From the NCBI GenBank assembly GCA_041395165.1, contig JAWLBA010000001.1, positions 328,068 through 392,067 on the forward strand: DNA of 64,000 bases, read 5' to 3'. The notes beneath the pieces were generated by a model, which searched no databases, had not been told where the DNA came from, and saw only the letters and a list, made by a program, of their open reading frames with translations. Positions 59,611-64,000 of the stretch are shown here, piece by piece; the stretch's first letter is position 1, and every line of letters begins with the position of its first letter. A program made the position numbers and the translations under genes. This DNA is from Verrucomicrobiia bacterium (GTDB taxonomy: Bacteria; Verrucomicrobiota; Verrucomicrobiia; JADLBR01; JAIBCM01).

Positions 59611-61889
59611 ATGAAATTTCAGTTTTTTATTACTCGTTCCGGCAATCATTTCATGCAGGAAATTGCCGAGTTTTATGTGCGTGGATTGCAGATAGCGGGC
59701 TATGATGCGGAGTTGATTTGGGATCAATTACCGCAGGATAATTCGGAGATAACTTCTATTGTCGTAGCGCCGCATGAATTTTTTCCGCTCTTTTTAGAAA
59801 AGCAAATGGATGAAGCCGGAGTGAAAGCGATTGCGAGTCGAGTCATTCTACTCAACACGGAACAGCCGAGCACTTCGTGGTTTAAAAAAGCAGTGCAAAT
59901 TGCGGCACAATCGCGAGGGGTTATTGATTTTAATCGACTGGGCATAGAGGCATTTCAAGATTATGGGATGTCTGCCTTACATTGGCCGATTCCTTATACG
60001 GATTTATTGGAATGCTCGGAGAATTGCGCCAAAGAGATCGATTTTGTGTTTTTGGGATATGCTTCTTCGCGCAGGAATAAATTTTTTGCAAGACACGCAG
60101 AATTTTTTTCGCAGTTTGAAAATCGCTTTATTTTTTCAACATTGCAAGAGGTTCGTACTCAAACGACGCCGGGATGTTGTTTTGGTGAAGCGAGAAATCG
60201 GCTTTTGCGGCAAAGTAAAATTTTAATTAATATTCATAGTTCAGAGAACCGTTATTTTGAGTGGCACCGCGCTTTGGTTGCGATAGCGAATGGATGTGTT
60301 TTTGTGACGGACGAATCGGAGCGTTATGAGCCTTTAATAAATGGTGAGCATTTATTGGTTGCGCCTTATGATCGCTTGCAGGAAGTTTGCTCTGAATTGA
60401 TTGCTAATGATAAAAAACGCGAAGCTATTGCACAAGCCGCCTTGGCGAAAGTGAGGGAAGTTTTCTCGCCGAAAATGATATTTAATTCTGTAGCGTTGCA
60501 GATTAAGGATTTGATGGCGAAACATTATCAGCAACGAAAAAAATTTATTTTATCAAAACCCGTTAAAAAAAGTATTTTCCCTCAAAAAAAGATTGTTGAA
60601 GAAATAAAACTGCTTCCCAAGCGTGATATCAAAACGACAGAGAAAACTTTTTTGAGTGTGGGTGAGGATCCGCAGTTTCGTTTGCAAAAAAGTGAAGGAA
60701 AATGGGAGGAAGGATGGCATGTTTTATCGTTTCAGATGAAGGCTCTCGAAGGGCGCGTTTCTCCAGAGGTTTATGTAACAGCGCGGGGAGATTTTCGCGA
60801 TAGCACACCTATTGCGGTTCGGGAAATTGCTAAGGGTAAATTTCGTCAGTTGATTCGTTTAACTTCTAAAACGAAAGAGGTGCGTTTGGATCCGATGTCG
60901 GAGGAGGGAGAGTTTGAGTTGTCTCGGGTTGATTTAGAGCCTTTAGAAAAAAATGAGAAGGCAGCTTCGTTATTATTAGATTATTGCGAGCATGAATTTA
61001 CGCAATCGTTGCAATCGCACGATCAATTGCAGGCGCAACGTTTCCATTTTTTGTTGCAGCAGAAATTAAGTCGCATGGCCGCCTTGCAGGGATTGCAAGG
61101 GTGGGAAATTGAAAAGAATGCTGCATTTGATTCAGTGAATCCGGTTTTATCGGTGGTGGTGACGCTTTATAACTATGAGGCTTATATTGAAACATGTTTA
61201 ACCAGTGTGGATCGATCAGCTTGGGAGGGCTTGGAAGTTATTGTGGTAGATGACGCTTCTCAAGATGGGGGTGCGGGGCGAGTGGTTGAGTGCATGAAAC
61301 AGGTAAAAGTAGCGTGCGCGTTAGTAAGAAAAAATTTTAATACCGGTTTGGCGGAGAGTCGAAATTTGGGAATTGAGTTAAGTCGCGCTCCTTATGTTTT
61401 TATTTTGGATGCGGATAATTATGTTTTTCCGAAAGGATTAGAAAACCTTTATCGTTGGGTGAAGGGAAAGAATTGGGATTTTGGATTTGGTATTTTGCAG
61501 CGTTTTGATTCGGAAAAGAAGCAGGGAATTGGTTTGTTGTCGAATTATGAATGGAATGAAAAACATCTTTTGCAAGAGCCTTATATTGACGCGATGGCTT
61601 TATTTAAAAAGGAAGCGCTTTTAGCGTGTGAGGGTTATCAAATTCATTTAGCTTCGCAAGCGGTGATGGGTTGGGAGGATTATGATTTGTGGCTTCGTCT
61701 TTTGGAAAAAGGTTTCAGGGCGGACTTTATCCTAATTTTGTGGGAGGATATCGCGTGCATGCAGCTTCGATGATTCGCAAGGCTTCTGTTCATGTGTCTG
61801 AGATCGGAAACTATTTTCAAAAGCGTTACGCAACATTGGTTGAACGTTGTGGTTTGGAAGGAAAGGCGTTTGGTTGGATAATGGGTTAA
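59611..61889 (+). CDS. bifunctional glycosyltransferase (GT1-like N-terminal domain plus C-terminal GT2) with an apparent frameshift near 61711-61720
   Basis: The GT1-like part reads ILINIHSSENRYFEWHRALVAIANGCVFVTDES. The GT2 part reads LSVVVTLYNYE...VIVVDDASQDGG and ILDADN. The track ORF ends at 61773. The conserved tail GGLYPNFVGGYRVHAASM continues in another frame to a stop at 61889, 2 nt before the next gene. Confidence 0.7.
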
Positions 61890-61891
61890 CT

Positions 61892-62977
61892 ATGCAAGTG
61901 ATGGTTTTAGGCATGCATCGGTCGGGCACTTCGGTGTTGGGCGCTATTTTAGAGTTATTGGGATTGCGTTGGGGGCGATCTGAAGATGGATTGCCTGCTG
62001 ATGAAGATAATCCCCGCGGTTACTGGGAGCGTCAGGACATTGTTGCTTTGAATGATTTTTTACTAGAGAGCTGTGAGGCGCGTTGGGATAAGGTTTCTCG
62101 TTTTTCTCTTGAGAGATTAAATGAAAAAGATCGTGAGGTTTTTCGTCAACGTGCTGAAACTATTCTTAAGCAATTTCAGACTAGTCCTGCTTATTTTATT
62201 AAAGATCCGCGTTTGTGTTTAACGTGGCCAGAGTGGCTGCCTTTGCTGTCTAAACCGGTGGGAGTGTTGGTTTATCGTGATCCTTTGCAGGTAGCGCAAT
62301 CTTTAGCAAAGCGCAATGGCATGCCTTTGCCTGTGGGACTGGCGCTCTGGCAATTTTACTGGCTGCAAATGGTGTCGGCTTTATCTCATATGCCTTGTTT
62401 TTTGGTGTATCATGATGAGCTGATGAGCAAACCAGTTGAGGTGGTGCATCAACTTTTTCATTTTTTTCAAAACAAAGGCTTTTCAGAGTTAAAGTTGCCC
62501 GAAAAAGAAATGATATTGAAATTGATTGATCCCTCGCTTTTTCGTCATCGCGAGAGCAATGAATCGCAAACGCGACTTCTCAATAGTCAGCAGATTCACT
62601 TGAGACAAGATTTTGAGCAGAGAAAAAGTATAACAGATATTTCTATCCCAAGTTTGTCCGAATGCTCTTGCGAGTGGCTAAAATTTTATGAAGAAACGAG
62701 TGGAATTCGAGAAAATTTGGAGAGTCAATTGTGTCAATTGAAAGAGGAAAATAGTGGTGCAAAGAAAAAGTTGGCACGTGTTTTAAGAAAGAATGAAGCA
62801 TGGCTTGAGTCGTTATACGAGGAAGCGGATCGACTTTTGGATTCTTTGGAGTATCGACTGGGGAGTGCGATGCTGCTGAAAAGATTGCGTTTAAAAAAGA
62901 GAAAAAAAGGTCATTCCATAGATCAGGTCATGGCTAAATTTCAGGCTTTGAAGCGAGAATTTGAGAAAAGGGATTAA
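61892..62977 (+). CDS. sulfotransferase-family protein with a coiled-coil C-terminus
   Basis: The N-terminus MQVMVLGMHRSGTSVLG matches a 5'-PSB-type PAPS-binding loop. The track start at 61847 is probably too early. Confidence 0.6.
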   Translation: MQVMVLGMHRSGTSVLGAILELLGLRWGRSEDGLPADEDNPRGYWERQDIVALNDFLLESCEARWDKVSRFSLERLNEKDREVFRQRAETILKQFQTSPAYFIKDPRLCLTWPEWLPLLSKPVGVLVYRDPLQVAQSLAKRNGMPLPVGLALWQFYWLQMVSALSHMPCFLVYHDELMSKPVEVVHQLFHFFQNKGFSELKLPEKEMILKLIDPSLFRHRESNESQTRLLNSQQIHLRQDFEQRKSITDISIPSLSECSCEWLKFYEETSGIRENLESQLCQLKEENSGAKKKLARVLRKNEAWLESLYEEADRLLDSLEYRLGSAMLLKRLRLKKRKKGHSIDQVMAKFQALKREFEKRD

Positions 62978-63720
62978 AGATTTTGGTAGTAAGCAATTTC
63001 TTTTTTAAAAATAAATTGCAGTATTTTTTTAAAACAAGGATTGATAGAAATTTCTTGATCGTGGGAAAAAATAATTTCTGATTTTGGGATGAAAGAGTCA
63101 TCTTTCACTGCTAAAAAATGGTAGATTTTTTTTAAAATAATATCGTGATGATTTAGTAAATCTTCATTTTTTAAGATTAAAATTTGCGAATCGGGAAAAA
63201 GGCGGCGAAATTGCTCAACTTGTTTGCGATAAAAACCTCGATGCAAATAAGAATGGCGTCGAAGCGAAGAAGTTTCTGAAAGATTGTTGCGATCTTGAAA
63301 AAGTCGAAATGGTTCAGTGAAACAAGCTTGGCCGAACGATAGGGTTTCGTTGCCGCGTTGGGATTCCATGCGATAATGTGAAATGGCGCGCTCGATGGGG
63401 TTTCGTAGTAGAAAAATAAGTTTCATGTTGGAATTATAACGATGAATGCGTTGTGCGATTTGAGGCCAATACATGTAGATGGGTGTGGCTTCACCGATTA
63501 AGGTCTGATTTTGATAATTGGGGAATGCTTGACTATAGTTCTTTTGCCATTCTTCCACAGTCGTAGAATCTTGGAATTGTGGTGAGTCAAAAAAATGAAC
63601 TTCTTTTTGAGGCGCGAAACAGATTTCAGGATGTTGAGAAAGAAAATTGGCCAGTGCGGTAGTGCCTCCTTTTTGTGTGCCCACAATTAAAAAATTAACG
63701 CGGGTGGTGAGCAATGACAT
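62974..63720 (-). CDS. sulfotransferase-domain protein
   Basis: FLIVGTQKGGTTALANFLSQHPEI is a PAPS 5'-phosphosulfate-binding loop of the kind seen in heparan-sulfate-type sulfotransferases. A RNPIERAISHY motif (3'-PB-like) follows. Confidence 0.8.
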   Translation of the reverse strand: MSLLTTRVNFLIVGTQKGGTTALANFLSQHPEICFAPQKEVHFFDSPQFQDSTTVEEWQKNYSQAFPNYQNQTLIGEATPIYMYWPQIAQRIHRYNSNMKLIFLLRNPIERAISHYRMESQRGNETLSFGQACFTEPFRLFQDRNNLSETSSLRRHSYLHRGFYRKQVEQFRRLFPDSQILILKNEDLLNHHDIILKKIYHFLAVKDDSFIPKSEIIFSHDQEISINPCFKKILQFIFKKEIAYYQNL

Positions 63721-63730
63721 AGATTGTAAA

Positions 63731-64000
63731 TCAATATTGTTTCAGTAAGGTTTCGACACTTTCTTTGGAGTAGAAATCCCAATAAGCTCCAGGCGTAGCC
63801 AGTAAGCGTTTTGCGATATTTTGCATAGTGTCTGAGTCGTAGAGAGGATTTTTATTTTTACTTTGTAGAGGCTCACTGAGATTTTTAGCTTCGGGCACTA
63901 TTTTTTTTAAAGATTTTCCTTGTGAGGAAACGGTTTCTTCATAACGCAGGATGGCTTCTTGTGGTAGATGGGTTGCATATTGTTCATAAAACCAGGAGAG
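63731..64000 (-). CDS. partial CDS (C-terminal 89 codons), possibly another sulfotransferase-family protein
   Basis: Hand translation of the minus strand gives ...LSWFYEQYATHLPQEAILRYEETVSSQGKSLKKIVPEAKNL...LLKQY*. The ILRYEE...L..I pattern resembles sulfotransferase C-termini. The 5' end is off the window. Confidence 0.4.
   Translation of the reverse strand, partial: LSWFYEQYATHLPQEAILRYEETVSSQGKSLKKIVPEAKNLSEPLQSKNKNPLYDSDTMQNIAKRLLATPGAYWDFYSKESVETLLKQY

Overview
The window is a chromosomal segment from a Gram-negative bacterium. The protein sequences look PVC/Verrucomicrobia-like, but that is inference only because no database search was possible. All calls rest on hand translation and recalled family motifs.

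Housekeeping genes are clear: efp, nfo, argG, purN, aroC, aroB, htrA, crcB, ychF, clpB, dnaK-groES-groEL and an mrp/apbC-type gene.

Five accessory regions stand out:
- 1-10.5 kb: a lipid or secondary-metabolite cluster. It holds an MMPL exporter, a flavin-halogenase-like enzyme, an ACP, a KS/CLF-like pair, a lipoprotein, a YdjC-type deacetylase, an epimerase, a membrane glycosyltransferase and a broken radical-SAM gene.
- 9.5-16.8 kb: a run of decayed genes (radical SAM, leuA, kpsF, a heptosyltransferase, a GT2). They flank intact efp and nfo. An apparently intact Leu-codon attenuator still sits in front of the dead leuA.
- 17549-21254: a 3.7-kb IS1-family cargo transposon with perfect 17-bp terminal inverted repeats and an 8-bp target duplication. 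It carries a ParB-like-domain protein plus an orphan Dam-type methyltransferase. This is my best candidate for an undescribed mobile R-M-like or defence module.
- 28.7-34.4 kb: an operon of a TPR protein and three secreted proteins, behind a structured leader and terminator.
- 57.7-64 kb: a glycan cluster with multidomain glycosyltransferases and three sulfotransferase-type genes.

Other notable points:
- A ydbH-like gene sits next to a fused ynbE-ydbL gene.
- A diverged duplicate of the clpB 3' end brackets an AT-rich insertion.
- An HExxH protein is split by one in-frame TAA next to a MazF-type toxin-antitoxin pair.
- REP-like palindromes lie upstream of dnaK.
- A shared sigma54-like motif lies exactly 27 nt upstream of both the dnaK and clpB start codons.

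No rRNA, tRNA or CRISPR array was seen.
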